A stretch of 64,000 nt of DNA from Octopus bimaculoides (lineage: Eukaryota). Position 1 is the first letter of the stretch. Each line of letters opens with the position of its first letter. The notes under the pieces are model-generated. The model searched no databases, was not told where the DNA came from, and saw only the letters and a program-made list of their open reading frames with translations. The stretch covers positions 66,453,567-66,517,566 of the forward strand of contig NC_068981.1 in assembly GCF_001194135.2 (NCBI RefSeq). The letters are read 5' to 3'. This document shows positions 27,051 through 40,135 of the stretch, in pieces. The position numbers and the translations under genes are program-made.

Positions 27051-28064
27051 CCGGTTGTTTCATTATTAATGGCTTTATATACTGCCACACCATTAGTTTT
27101 ACAAATTCATGCATACAGTAGTTGCTAGATGTTATTCTCACACACTTGCAAGTTTAAAATGACTGTATGAAGTTTGGGATTCTATTATCTAAATTTGATA
27201 TAAATGTCAATTCATATTACAGGAAAAACAGCTTACATTGTATATTTTAACTTCAATTTATTATTTCTGAAAAAATAATTTCAACAAAAAATTTATATTT
27301 CAAATTTCAATACTTAAGAAAATACATACAAAAATCGCATAAAAAGGTATAAAAAAATATATAAACCTATTTCTTGAACAAGATAATTATGAACAAAAAC
27401 TAATCTTTCAGCAAGTATAATGAAGTCTTTATATCCTTCACTGAAGTAATGAAATAATACTGAAACATGTCCAGATTTGTCTCCACTAACTTGACTATTG
27501 TTTTTGATGCAGAAAACATTGAGTTATTATTCACTGATTTTTAGCTCTTTTAAAACTATATCTAAGAAGTTAGGTAATTCTGCTATCAAAATTCTAAACC
27601 CTCTCTTCTGCCACATACTTCTAATGTTTTTCTCAGAAAATAAAGGGCTTCATATGCATGCCTTTAGTTACAAGTATTCACACTTTTGCATGTTCAATTT
27701 GTCATCACATTACTTTTTTTTCCATATAAAGATTACATACAACTGCCTAAATATGTCATTATCAATGTGAATCAAGTAGGCTTCCATATCTTAAGTCCAT
27801 GTTTAACATTCAGAAAACTTCCCTCGTAGTGGTTTGTGTGCAAATTCAAATCATCCACAGGCTTTTTCACATTACAAACCATATCTTTGTGCACATGCAC
27901 ACATAAGCATGCATATACATATATGTGTGTCTGCATGTGTATACACATACACACACACAATATATTTATCATATCAAAAGTTAGCTGTCAACTGAGTTGG
28001 ATGACATTAAGTTCTATATAAGATAATGTATGCACTATGTAAAAATATAGTTTAATACATTTTG

Positions 28065-28335
28065 AGGCTTCTTTCAGTTTCCATCCACTAAATTCACTCA
28101 CAAGGCTTTGGTTGACCTGGAACTAAAGTAGAGAAAACATTTGCCCAAGGTACCACACAAAGGATTGAACTCAAAACCAGTCTTCTTAACCACATAACTG
28201 TGTGAGTGTGTGTGAGAGAGAGAAAGAGAGAGGCATCCATACATATTCTTATCCACATTGCATTAATTAACTTGAAGGTACAGTAGAAGACACCCTTGGT
28301 AATAATGCAGAGGGCTGAACCCAAGACCACATGGT
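28065..28335 (-). mobile_element. SINE family A head(s), degenerate
   Basis: ttctttcagtttccatccactaaattcactcacaaggctttggttgacc...cccaaggtaccacac. Confidence 0.65.
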
Positions 28336-28368
28336 TACAAAATATCTTGTGTGTGTGTGTGTGTATGT

Positions 28369-28587
28369 ATGAAGGGGTGCTGAAAAGTTCCTGGCTTTGG
28401 ATAAGAGAAAATACAAGAGGATCAGTTAATTAGGATTTTATTCAACATATTCCCCTCTCAGATTCACACACTTATTGCAGTGGTCCTTCAGTTTTTCTAA
28501 GCCCTGTAAAAGAACACAGAAGGTTGGGCCTCCAACCAAGTCTTTTGTGTTACCCTTAAAGCCAGGAACTTTTCAGCACTACCTCAT
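28369..28587. mobile_element. Tc1/mariner-type MITE
   Basis: TIR core gtgctgaaaagttcctggcttt / aaagccaggaacttttcagcac. The left end follows TA. Confidence 0.75.
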
Positions 28588-28854
28588 GGGTGTGTGTGCA
28601 GGTGCCAAGTGATAAAATATTAAAAATGAAAACCAATTATTTCATTTAAATATTAAAAAAAACAATATATAATCAGCAAATTTTCTGAGTAATAAAAAGG
28701 TAGAAAAAGTATGCTACCAGGCGATAAAAACTTGACTTCTACAACACTCAGATCTATTGTGTATGAGATAGGAGGCAAAAGTTAATTACTATCCACAGTA
28801 TAAAAGAAAATTGCAGATGAGACAAAAAAAATTTGTGTGTGTGTGTATATATGC

Positions 28855-28898
<44 letters not shown>

Positions 28899-31642
28899 CT
28901 TCACTCAGTTCTCTTACATACACACAAATATATTTTCACCATATTAACTAGTAGCTTAAGAACATAAAATTCATTAAAATGTAATTGTCAAATCATTAAC
29001 CATGAAATTAATATTTTTTTTTTCTTTTAGCAAGCATACAATGAAGCAACTGATCACCTAAGCAGGTGGTCTTGCAGAAATATTCATAAATATTCATACT
29101 ATCCTCTCTATGCAGAACACCAATTAGCGTTCCATTCTTGCCATATTTACTTTCATTTTCTTCTTAAAGCATCTTTTTAATTCCACATCATAGACTATAG
29201 ATACTGTAGGGCTCTGAACAAAATACTTTGTAGAGTATTTATTCATGACCTTGTATTTCCTGAGTTCAAATTCTTTGATTAGAATTGCAAAATAGATTCT
29301 TCAAGCTGAGCCAACCAACTAGAGACCTAGGGGTAAACCAAGAACAAGATGGTTGGATAATATCCATAGTCACAGTTGGTCATGCTTTAGATTGATTCTA
29401 GTTTGAAAGCATAATGACACTTGCTTCTGATAGGATTCTACCCACAACAACCCTCTCAGGAATAATGAGTGACAAAGATAGCTAGATGGATGGAAATTCC
29501 ACTAAGGTTAGACGTAGCTCTTTGAAGTTGAGAAAATAATTACCAGTAACACTAGGTTCAATTCCATTACTTTATATATCTCCCCTACAATTTGTGTCCA
29601 TCTGCTATTGTGTGAAGTGTTATATCAAATTTCCCCACATTAGAAAGAAAGGTTTATTTTATACATTTGCAGATTTCAATGCTCCTATATAGTATTGGAT
29701 GCTTCCATCAGTTTATAAGATTTTAGATTTCAAACTAAAAACCCCATCTCCAAAGACAAAAATATTTTCTAATATCTTAAATTTACACTGATTCAATCAG
29801 TTTGATGTCCAATCATCAAGATTCTTATTTCCAAATGTGTATGTAAAATTAGACTGGATTTGAAAAAAGAATTTTTATTTCTAAATTAAGGGTAGTAATT
29901 CTTTCTAATTTTTGGCACATCAACCCCAGTACTAGACAAGTACTTCACTTTCTTGTCTCTGAAAGTATAAAAGGCAAAGCTGACCTCAGCTGAATCTAAA
30001 CTGAGAACGCTAGGAACCAGGAGAAATGTCACCAAGCATTTTGTCCAGTACATGCTAACAAGGGTCATAATAAAACTCTTTTCCACAGGACCAAAGATGT
30101 AGTCTCTGATGACCTGACATACCAATGGATAAATCGAAGTAGCGGAAATGGTGCAAATTAAGAACTAGTGACAACACACTCTACAACTTTTAATGTTTCT
30201 ATGTTAAAATCTCACAGGCACTATCAATAAGTGATCAATAAAAAAAAAGTAGCAGTAAGATACTAAAATCAATTTAATCAATTAGATAACATTCTCTTAC
30301 AAGAACAAAAAAAATTTTATGTAGAAACAATGCAATCATCAACAATTTGCTTTGGTTATTTCACCAAACATATGTTTCCCAAAAAATAGGTTTTTTTTTT
30401 TTTGTTTCTCCCAATCACTTCAAAATCTTTCAAACAACTACTATTAATGTATGAGTAGCTAAAACAAGTTTCATTTCAACAAGAATTACCAATGGCAACT
30501 GAAGTTTGACAGTTCTTAGAATCACCAATATTGAACTGTCCTCTTAGCATGTGTAATGATGTTATGCAGCTCTAGCTAACCCTGCTTAAACAGGTCTATA
30601 GCACAGGGTCAGTCAATTGAATATTCGTGTTCTTATATCCAAGCATTTCAAAAATTTAAATGTTTTTGCTCAGACTTTCCAGTGTCTTAAATCAACCATC
30701 TGCAGAGTTATAACCAGAACAATCAAGCCAATCTCATAATTAGTAATGTGAAACAGGACAAAATTTGGATCACAGGTGACACGTAGAGATAACACTAAGT
30801 GCTCCAACATGGTCTTAGCTATCACATTAAAAATGTGATTTAAAAAAGAATAAAACAAACAGAATAGACACAATTATTCTGTTGTCTTTAGTTGAAATAA
30901 GGCTAACTGATATTAATCTTATTTCCTGTTTTAGACAGCTGAAACCTGGTGCATTCATTGTTATTTAACATCTGTTTTCCATGCAGCATAGAAATTTGCA
31001 TAAATCATCCAGCCTATCCTTACAATAATAAGACTATGAAAATTCTTGGAGGTGTATGGTGGGGATGGGTGAATTGGTTGAATCAAAGACAATGTGAGAA
31101 TGTCTTTTTTTTATCATGAGCCAAGCCCACAATAATAGTACAATACATCAGTTGCTCTCATTTCCAGTCCTGACATATATCTTTTTCTAATAAGTGGAGC
31201 AGAACTGCAAGGGTTTGAGCATAAAGCATAATGTCAATAAGATAGAAGCTATTGAAGCCAGTAGTACAGCATTCTGTCTATATGATCGGTTACAACACTA
31301 GAGAAGAGACTAGCCATGACTGTAGAATATCATACTATCTGTTTTACAGTCTGTTGTTAATCAGCTAAGAAATTCTCTTGACAGGAAATAAGGCAAGAAC
31401 AGTAGTGAGACCTGTTTACAAGACAGATAATAACTGCTTGACAATTAGAGATTTTAAACAGTTTATATCAGACTTGCCTTCCTAGACAAGAGGAAGTGAA
31501 CTGAATGGGTGTGATTAGGACAGTAAAGACTATTAATCCTAATTGTGCCCAGCAAAGGTAACAGATGTCCAAAAACTGGATGCTTTACTATATTTCATTT
31601 GATACCTCAAAGTTCTGATTTCAAATCCCACTGGTATCCTTG

Positions 31643-31673
<31 letters not shown>

Positions 31674-32269
31674 CCAATAATTTACCAGGTTCAACTGAAT
31701 GAAGTATATGGCTCCTCTTTAAATTTGGCCTTGTGTTTGGATATGACTGATGATTTGTTTTAACCAAACAGAAAAGGTATTACATTACTCTATCAATAGC
31801 TTAGAGGGGTGCTACTGGATAAAAAGTGTGTAGGAAACAAGCAAGATTAAGGTAATAAATAACATTAACATTTGATAACTCGTTATTGATTATAAGCCAG
31901 AGATTGAAGGCTTGCTTTTCAGATAGGTGTCTTCCAATTTTTTTTACTCACTGCTTTGTGCTTTTATAATTTATCCAAACTATGCAACAGGTTAACTTTT
32001 CAAAAACAGATCTAAAATTATGTCTAGCAAACAGATCACAGAATATACATTTGCAGACTTGAATAGGCTAGCAATGACAATGACATCTAGTAAGACCAAG
32101 ATATGTCTGTAGCTGCCACCTTGCCTGAAAACAAAATTCAGATTTTCCCTAAACACGAAAATTCTGCAAAATAATCCAAGAGTTGCTGGCAATTATCGCA
32201 AGGTTTTTATTTTCTCCAGCTAAGAGCAAAATTTCATGTAAGAAATTTTTGTGTACACCATTCAATTAG

Positions 32270-32960
32270 TACATCATCATATAACATCCACTTTTCCATG
32301 TTTGCATGGGTCAAACAGAACTTCTTGAGGCAGAAATTCTGGATGCCAACCCCCACCTTTTTCCAAAGAAGGTAACATTTCCTGTGGCCAAACATATTTT
32401 TCACATAAGACTGGAGATGAACAACATCACTGGTGTGATGGTGATACTCATTTACACCTATCACATGATGTCAAGACAATGGTACACCCATATATATATA
32501 TATNNNNNNNNNNNNNNNNNNNNNNNNNNNNNNNNNNNNNNNNNNNNNNNNNNNNNNNNNNNNNNNNNNNNNNNNNNNNNNNNNNNNNNNNNNNNNNNNN
32601 NNNNNNNNNNNNNNNNNNNNNNNNNNNNNNNNNNNNNNNNNNNNNNNNNNNNNNNNNNNNNNNNNNNNNNNNNNNNNNNNNNNNNNNNNNNNNNNNNNNN
32701 NNNNNNNNNNNNNNNNNNNNNNNNNNNNNNNNNNNNNNNNNNNNNNNNNNNAGCGGACGTTAAACGATGATGATGATGATGATGATGATATACACACACA
32801 ATGGACTTCTATCAGTTTCCATCTACCAAATTTCATTCACAAGGCTTTAGTCAACCCAGGACTATAACAGAAAACACTTGCCCAAGGTACCATGTAGTGG
32901 GACTAAAACAAAGACCACATGGTTTGGTAGCAAACTTTTTAGCCACACAGCCATACCTGC
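32270..32960 (-). mobile_element. SINE family B spanning an N gap that probably holds a young RTE tail
   Basis: B-type tail at 32270-32500, family-A head at 32800-32960. The gap ends in agcggacgttaaac(gat)n. Confidence 0.65.
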
Positions 32961-33296
32961 ACCTATTTGCTTATTTACCAAAATTAATGCCACTGATCCA
33001 CCTAAGTTATTTATTTCTTCATTCTATTCTGTTAACTGTACATTACTACATATATTCATAGCCAATTCAGTTAAAGAGGAACCATTTGAAAACTGTCTTT
33101 ATGCAATATTCCTAAGAGAAACCAGCTTAGTGGAACCCATTCCTTTTTAAGCCAAACTGAGGGTCTTAGAGTCAGCCATCTGACACCCTATGAATTCAGC
33201 TAGATATGATTACATCTCCAAGTTTATACAAAAGAAAATAACTACATACTCAAGTGCCAGTGTAGAAGCATCTACAGTCACTCAACAAGCCAGAAA

Positions 33297-33535
33297 AATT
33301 ATTTACATTATTTATATTTGACGGATATTTGTCCTCATCTTGATTGTTGTTAACACAACGTTTCGGCGGATATACCCTCCAACCTTCATCAGGTGTCTTG
33401 GGGAAATTTCAAACCAGGGTTCTCATTCCCCCAAGATAGCTGATGAAGGCTGGAAGGTATATCAGCTGAAACGTTGTGTTAACAACAAACAAGATGAGGA
33501 CAAATATCTGTCAAATGTAAATAATGCACATAATT
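33297..33535. mobile_element. Penelope-like palindromic element with hammerhead-ribozyme motifs
   Basis: ~105-bp arms around a ~20-nt loop. CTGATGA-aggc..-GAAACGTT occurs on both strands. Confidence 0.7.
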
Positions 33536-33569
33536 CCTCATCTCTTAAATATAGAACTGTATGCCAGAA

Positions 33570-33720
33570 AAAATAACTAAACCTTCTTCAAATTAAATAT
33601 TACTATCTCAGGAAAGGACACAGCATGATGTTTGGTGCATTATGTCTAGGAAAAAGAGATGATCACAGCTAGAATGCCTTTGGTTAGGGCTCATTTGTGG
33701 CTAAGTAACATTACACAGAA
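33570..33720 (+). mobile_element. Family C repeat (degenerate)
   Basis: cttcaaattaaatat...gatgatcacagctagaatgcctttgg...ggctaag. Confidence 0.5.
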
Positions 33721-33736
33721 GCAAGTTTAATAACAT

Positions 33737-34050
33737 ATCATCATCATTCTTTAACAGTCATTTTCCATGCTGGCCTGGGTTGGACGGTTTGACCAGGGCT
33801 GGCAAGCTGGGGAGCTACACCAGGATCCAGTCTGATTTGGTCTGGTTTCTATGGTTGGATGGCCTGCCTAATGCCAACCACTTTACAATGTGTGTTGGGT
33901 GCCTTTAACATGGCGGCACAAGCGCTTTTATGTGGCACCAGAACTAATGCTTTTTATGTGGCACTGGCACAGGACTCTTGCAAGCCAATCTTCTTCACCA
34001 GGCGATGCAGCTTAACAATTCTGCTGTGGAGGACTAGTCTTCTTGAGTAA
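33737..34050 (-). mobile_element. RTE 3'UTR fragment
   Basis: tcatcatcattctttaacagtcattttccatgctggcctgggttggacgg..., with decayed 65-bp units. Confidence 0.75.
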
Positions 34051-36029
34051 GTAAGTAAATGAAAATATCCAATGTCAAATAGGAATAAAAACAGACAGAC
34101 ATTAGCTAAGTTGACAAGCATCCTAAGAAGGGCAGATTAAGAAAACTGCAGGGAAAAAAAAATTAATTGTAATTGGTGGAATGTAAATATTACTCTAGAG
34201 AGAAATATATTTTAAATAACATTTTTTAAGTTGAAATAAGAATGAAACAATTAAAAAAATGTTTTGTTTTAGTTTTAAGAAAATATAAGCCGTTCTGGCA
34301 ACAAGCAGTGAGATGTCAAAAAAAATGTAAAATCTATAAAGATTACAAGACTGGCTGCTTTGCTAACTGGTAAAACACTAGGAAATCATTTTCATTATGC
34401 AAGTAATGAAATATGTACTTTCAAGAAAAAAGTACAAAGACTGTTAAGAATGACCAAGTCCAAGTGAAAAACTGAACAACTCACTTTGTACGTTCAATAC
34501 CTTATATTATTTCATTATTTCAGGAAAGAAAAGGACTCCAGGATTCATGCAAGAGAAGAAATGTGGTGGGACATGGATGGTTTTGCCAAGGGCAGAACAA
34601 CGAATGACCAGACTCCACTGACTGGGAAATCTACTTTTTGCTGTTCAAGTCCCACCAATTATATTTAATCAGTCTCAATATATTTCTGATGTAGTCTTTC
34701 AACAACACATTGATGAAAGAAACAAGCCAACACTAAAGAGTGAAAACAGTGAAAGGCTAAACTAGTAAATATAGGGATTATCTTCTTACCAGTAACACCA
34801 GAGAGAAGAAATAAAACCAACCATGACATGCAACAGCAAACATATTTCACACAAACAAAACACAATTCCAAGAATTACATACAACACTGCAATATTCTCA
34901 GCAAGTGTAGAAGACATGGCAAAGAAAGACAACCACAAACATATGAGCATTCACAAGTGTCACTTTGGGCAACAGGGTAAAAAAAAAAGTGTACAAACAA
35001 TCTATTGTATCTATCATAGATTTTGCCAGACCTACATGAAATCCCAGTCTTTCTGCAAAAAATAAAAACTATGAAGAATGCAAAACAGCATCATCACTGA
35101 TTGCATATACTGATACAAAGAACAGACAACAAAGCATGAAAGACAGCCAGGGCGTATCTGCAACACCATCCTGAAAACCCTATCCTTCCCATTCAATCTG
35201 GACAAACATCCTGTTGGTCAAAAATAACACCTGTGGGTTCTCTAAGTCGTTTACTATATTATATTCTATGGGTTCTAAGACCTATATGCAAGAACAGCAA
35301 TATCAATAACCACATAAACATCCAAAATTGTGCTGGGATGCAAAGTACCAATGAGAAGTGCAGTAAAACAGTACTTGTCATACTCTAAGTTTACTTTACT
35401 CACCTCCATAGCGACCACTATCGAAAGCTGCAGATACACAAGACAGTGGAAAGAATACTTGTTTAACTCTTTAGCATTTAAAATGGCCATATCCAGCCCA
35501 AATATTCAACCTTGTTTTATGTTCAAACTACTTAGCCCCATACACTACAATGTCATTTTAAAAATAAACAATCACATCGTCAAAACCTTGAAGCTATAAC
35601 AAAATGCATGATTAATTCAGAGCTTTACATTTGACAGAGTAATCTAAATGCTAAAGGTTTAAACTGCAGCACTGTAACCGTATTATTAACCACTGCATCA
35701 GAATGCACAATATAGTCCTCATCTAGACAGAGGTAATGATATCTCTGAAACAATAGAGATGCAGTGGACCATGCCTTATTCACTGAACTACTTAGATGCA
35801 TTTACTCTATTAGAAATGAGGCTACAAAACAATAAAAGACATGCAAACCAGTATCTTCTTGGCTATGTATGTCTTTCTGATTTTAACAGATCTGGAAATC
35901 AATTAATTTCTTTTGCTACAAAGTTTTGGCAAGAATCATGTAAGAGAAAAGCTGCCGGAGTCAAGTTAGAAAACATAATGCCATTAAAATTTTCTTTTTT
36001 TTTAATAAATATGACATGACTAGATGTAG

Positions 36030-36360
36030 ACATGGCTATGTGGTTAATAAGCTTGCTTCGCAACCATATGGTTTTGGGTAAGTGTCTTCTACTACAACCC
36101 CGGGCCAACCAAAGCCTTGTGAGAGGATTTGATAGACAGAAACTGAAAGAAGCCCTTCATATACATATATATCTGTTTGTGTGTTTGTCCCCCCACCAAC
36201 ACCTGACAACCAGTGTTAGTTTGTTTACATCCACAAACCATTGTAATTTAACAAAAGAGACTGATAGAATAAGTACCAGACTTTAAAAAAATAAATACTG
36301 CAATTGATTCATTTGACAAAAACTCCTCAGTTGGTATGCCAGCATGGTCACAATGTGAAA
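36030..36360 (+). mobile_element. SINE family A (degenerate, near full length)
   Basis: catggctatgtggttaataagcttgcttcgcaaccatatgg...gaaactgaaagaagccc...gatagaataagtaccag. Confidence 0.75.
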
Positions 36361-36597
36361 AGATAATTATTTCTATTCCTCAGTAAATCCAAGTAAGTCT
36401 CAAATATTTATAGCCATTGAAGCAATATTTATTTTATCACAAGCATCAAAAGTTTTTCTGTTTGGACAAAAGACTGGCTATGTTTGTGAAATGATATCAA
36501 CAGTTTTGATTAACACTGCTTAAAGAGATCACCAAGACACTTCTGGCAAGTTTGCACATTAAAATCACAAACTCTTCTGCAATTTTGGATTACCTAG

Positions 36598-36914
36598 TAA
36601 GGTGGAGCAAAAAACAGAAGCTGTGGAAATTGAAAATGCCTGAGGGCTAAATTGTTGCTATATTTGATTACTAGAAAAATGCTAAATTTTCGCTGAGATC
36701 AATCAGGGGTATTTACTCCCTCAAGACCCCTAAACTCCGAAAAAGGGAAATTTTTGTGCATTTTTTACAGTAGCAGAGTTTGGGGGTTTTGAGGGAATAA
36801 GTGCCCTTGACTGATCTAAGCGAAAATTTAGCATTTTTCTAGCAACATATATAGCAAGATTTTAGGCCTCTGGCATTTTCATTTCCACAATTTTTTTATT
36901 TTTACTCCACCCTA
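36598..36914. mobile_element. MITE copy 1 (~320 bp, long TIRs, ...CTCCACCCTA end)
   Basis: Self-complementary arms of about 120 bp (ggtggag...gaaaatgcc...ctagaaaaatgctaaattttcgct / agcgaaaatttagcatttttctag...ggcattttc...ctccaccc). Confidence 0.85.
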
Positions 36915-36994
36915 ACACTATCCTGAGCCACTCCTTAATATCTCCCACCTTAGCCCTCCACATACTGGTATTTCCCATCATAGATTGTGTAATC

Positions 36995-37315
36995 TAGAGT
37001 GGAGTGAAAATAAAAAATTGCGGAAAATGAAAATGCCAGAGGCCTAAAATCTTGCTACATATTACTACTAGAAAAATGCTAAATTTTTGTTTAGATCAGT
37101 CAAGGGCATTTACTCCCTCAAACCCCACAAACGCTGCTATTATAAAAAAAAATTTACAAAAATCCCCCATTTTCGGAGTTTAGGGGGCTTGAGAGAGTAA
37201 ATGCCCTTGACTGATCTAAGCGAAAATTTAACATTTTTCTAGTAATCAAATATAGCAACATTTTAGCCCTCAGGCATTTTCAATTTCCACAATTTTTTAT
37301 TTTCACTCCACCCTA
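36995..37315. mobile_element. MITE copy 2, inverted relative to copy 1
   Basis: Reverse complement of 36598-36914, with diagnostic arm variants swapped. Confidence 0.85.
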
Positions 37316-37774
37316 TTACTTAATGTACTGTAAAACTAAAACTAAGTTTATAAACAATCAATCCTGAGCCACTCCTTAATATCTCCCACCTTAGCCCTCT
37401 ACATACCAGTATTTCCCATCATCTGCATCCCCAACCTTGTTCATCATTAGCTACATTAACTTCTACCTCCACCCATTTATTCCCCACCCACACTCTTTTG
37501 AAAGCATCCACTCTCACCCCCACCCATGATCCACTGCCCACTTTCTTGTTTCTTGAGAGTTTGCTCTAGCACCCCATCACTAACTTCCCTTATCTCATTC
37601 AGGTATATAGCTCCTCTGTAACAAGACATCTGTGCTTGTCCCTCAATCATATTCCATTTTTTCAACACCAAGCATACAGCCATCCACTGCCACCTTCTCC
37701 TCCTAAGTACTTCCTCTTCATAGCAGGAGCTTTTTCTTTCTTTTTCTGTCTTGCATGATACAAAGCAACCTCAC

Positions 37775-37948
37775 TAGTGCTGGTGGTACAAAAAAAGTAC
37801 TTAGTACTTTTTGTAAAATGGTTGGCAATAAGTAAGGCATCCAGCCATAGAAACCATGCCAAAAATGACATTGGAGCTTAACACAGCCCTGTAGCTCATT
37901 GGTTCCCTGTCATCTAGCATAGAAAGCAGATGTTAAATGACGATGATG
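37775..37948 (+). mobile_element. RTE 3' tail fragment
   Basis: ggttggcaataagtaaggcatccagcc...catagaaagcagatgttaaatgacgatgatg. Confidence 0.7.
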
Positions 37949-39070
37949 AAAGAATGAAAACAGGAAAAGTAACTACTGTCATATTTATAATTTCTTTCAT
38001 GAACCTCCAGCCTTGACCTAGCAGAATACGCAGGATGTGAAAGCTAGGAGAGAGAGATCTACACTAGCATCCAGCTGGTACAAATTACAGCTGAGTAGTC
38101 TGGTGTAATTTGAAATGAAGTACTTTGGTCAAGGATACATATTAACTGGCCCAGGAACTGAACACACAACCTAATGATGATAAATCAAACATCCTAACTA
38201 TTAGGTCACAAGAATGTTTCCAATCAAAAACACATCTTGATAATTCTTTTGCAGTTAATTCCTGCTAACTCTTTGGACTGTAGCAGTGTTGGAGCACCCT
38301 CTTCAAAAGTTTAATCAACTCCATCAACCTCAGTACTTTGTAACCATTATATAAATCTTAGAAAAAAAATGAAAAGCAAAATCAATCAGGTGGAAAGGGA
38401 AGCAACTGAGAGGCATCAAAATATCACAAGGCACTTTTATTCAACACTCAGTATTTTGCTATTCCATGCTATTGGACATGCATAAATACAGGCATAATTG
38501 AGTGGTTAAGAAGTTCATTTCATAACCATGAGATCCCTCAACTTGGCACATTTGGCAAGATTTTTTAAACCATAACCTGAAATCAACCGAAGCCTTGTCA
38601 GTGAAATGGGGAAGATGAAAACTGTGTTGAAGCCCATCAAATGGAGCGTATCTGTAATTCAAGGTAGAAACTGATTTTATCAGAGAAATATATTAAACGT
38701 CATTATCCTCAGCATTATCATTATTTAACATCCATTTTCCATGCTGGCATAGATTGGACAGTTTGACAGGAGCTGGCAAGTCAGAAGATTGAACCAAGCT
38801 TTACTGTCTGCTTTACACAGCTAATTAACATGTTCGTTAAATATGTAGGTAGTTCTGTAGACCAAACAACTGACTGCTCATCATTTTAACTGACAGAGAA
38901 GACATCAGAAGTACATACACATCTGTAATTTCTGTAAATCAAATGTCATTTTATTTCCCAGAGCTTTGACCAACCCATAGTTTTCACAGGAGACAATGAA
39001 CTACACAAAGTTAAACTCAGGAACAAGTAACTGCAAAGTGCATACCTAACCATGCAACAATGCTTGCAGC

Positions 39071-39233
39071 CATCATCATCATCATTTAATGTCCACTTTC
39101 CATGATGGCATGAGTTAGCTGGTTTGACTGGAACTGGTAAGCCAGAAAGCTGCACCAGGTTTCAGTCTGATTTGGCAAGGTTTCTACAGCTGGATACCCT
39201 TCCTAATGCCAACCACTCCAAGAGTGTAATGGG
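39071..39233 (-). mobile_element. RTE 3' tail fragment
   Basis: catcatcatcatcatttaatgtccactttccatg...cttcctaatgccaaccactccaagagtg. Confidence 0.8.
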
Positions 39234-39506
39234 TTACATATCTTTCCATGCAAGAGAATTATGAAGCACAATGGCTGTAAACTTAGAAGTGCACTGAATT
39301 ATTAACTGAAATATCACCCTAAGTTCAAATCTTACTACAGCCTTCATGACAAGCTCCTAAACAATGCACATATATCTATTTGCTTCAGTGTGGCCTAGTG
39401 GTGGGGAAGAAAAAGAAAAAAACAGGTTTCATTTCCCTTTTTTGGATGGTTGAATAATTAGCAATCGGCAGGATAAGAGCCGGAGTTGTTTTGTTTATTT
39501 TTTGCG

Positions 39507-39675
39507 TACTCTCAGAGTGGTTGGCGTTAGGAAGGGCATCCAGCTGTAGAAACTCTGCCAAATCAGATTGGAGTCTGGTGTAGCCATCTGGTTTCACCAG
39601 TCCTCAGTCAAATCGTCCAACCAATGCTAGCATGGAAAGCGGATGTTAAACAATGATGATGATGATGATGATGAT
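39507..39675 (+). mobile_element. Young RTE 3' tail
   Basis: ctctcagagtggttggcgttaggaagggcatccagctgtagaaactctgccaaatcag...(gat)n. Confidence 0.9.
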
Positions 39676-39789
39676 CTCAATATTTGAAGAAAAATAGTTT
39701 TCTGAATTTGATGAAGGGCCCTGCTTAAGTCATGCCTTTCTTCTTCCCCACAGCAGAGAGATAATCTAAAAAGGCTTGTCAGTCTACCT

Positions 39790-40135
39790 AATGGCCCCCA
39801 GCAGACAAAATGGAAAAGGCATTGCTCAGGAGGATGGTGAGGGAGATGCACTGGATCAGCCGCTCTGACTCCCAGGGCTTGCACTTATGGATAGCTATCT
39901 CCACCTTGATAGCGGTGAGTAGGGATGTGGTCCAGGGGGCCAAGGACACAGATCTCCACTGCCACAGGCTCGACCACAAACCTGTCAGAAGAGAGCAACT
40001 GATACTCTGACAGTTTGCCCTTCTCAGCCTGATGAACAGTGGAGCCTGGGCTGGTAGCTGAACACACCAAGTTTCTACTGGAGGTGTCACAGCATGCAGC
40101 ATCCCAGATGGAGGGGGGGGGGGTGCCTACCACCA
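39790..40135 (-). mobile_element. CRE-clade-like non-LTR retrotransposon 3' fragment (restriction-like endonuclease region), frameshifted
   Basis: IWDAACCDT...PGSTVHQAEKGKLSEY...FVVEPVAVE.., then ..PWESERLIQCISLTILLSNAFSILSAG. This follows the WDAT..DT / AE..K..KY / PVAVET.G / QRxSL...GNA pattern recalled for CRE-type RLE domains. Confidence 0.7.

Noticed and set aside
31115-31145. Minus-strand TIIVGLAHDKK resembling ARL5 VIIVGLDNAGK
   Set aside because: Lacks the P-loop GKTT and has no suitable splice sites.
34480-35400. Complex unique-looking stretch with several short ORFs on both strands
   Set aside because: Frames are interrupted by stops and I recognise no domain; more likely an old decayed element.
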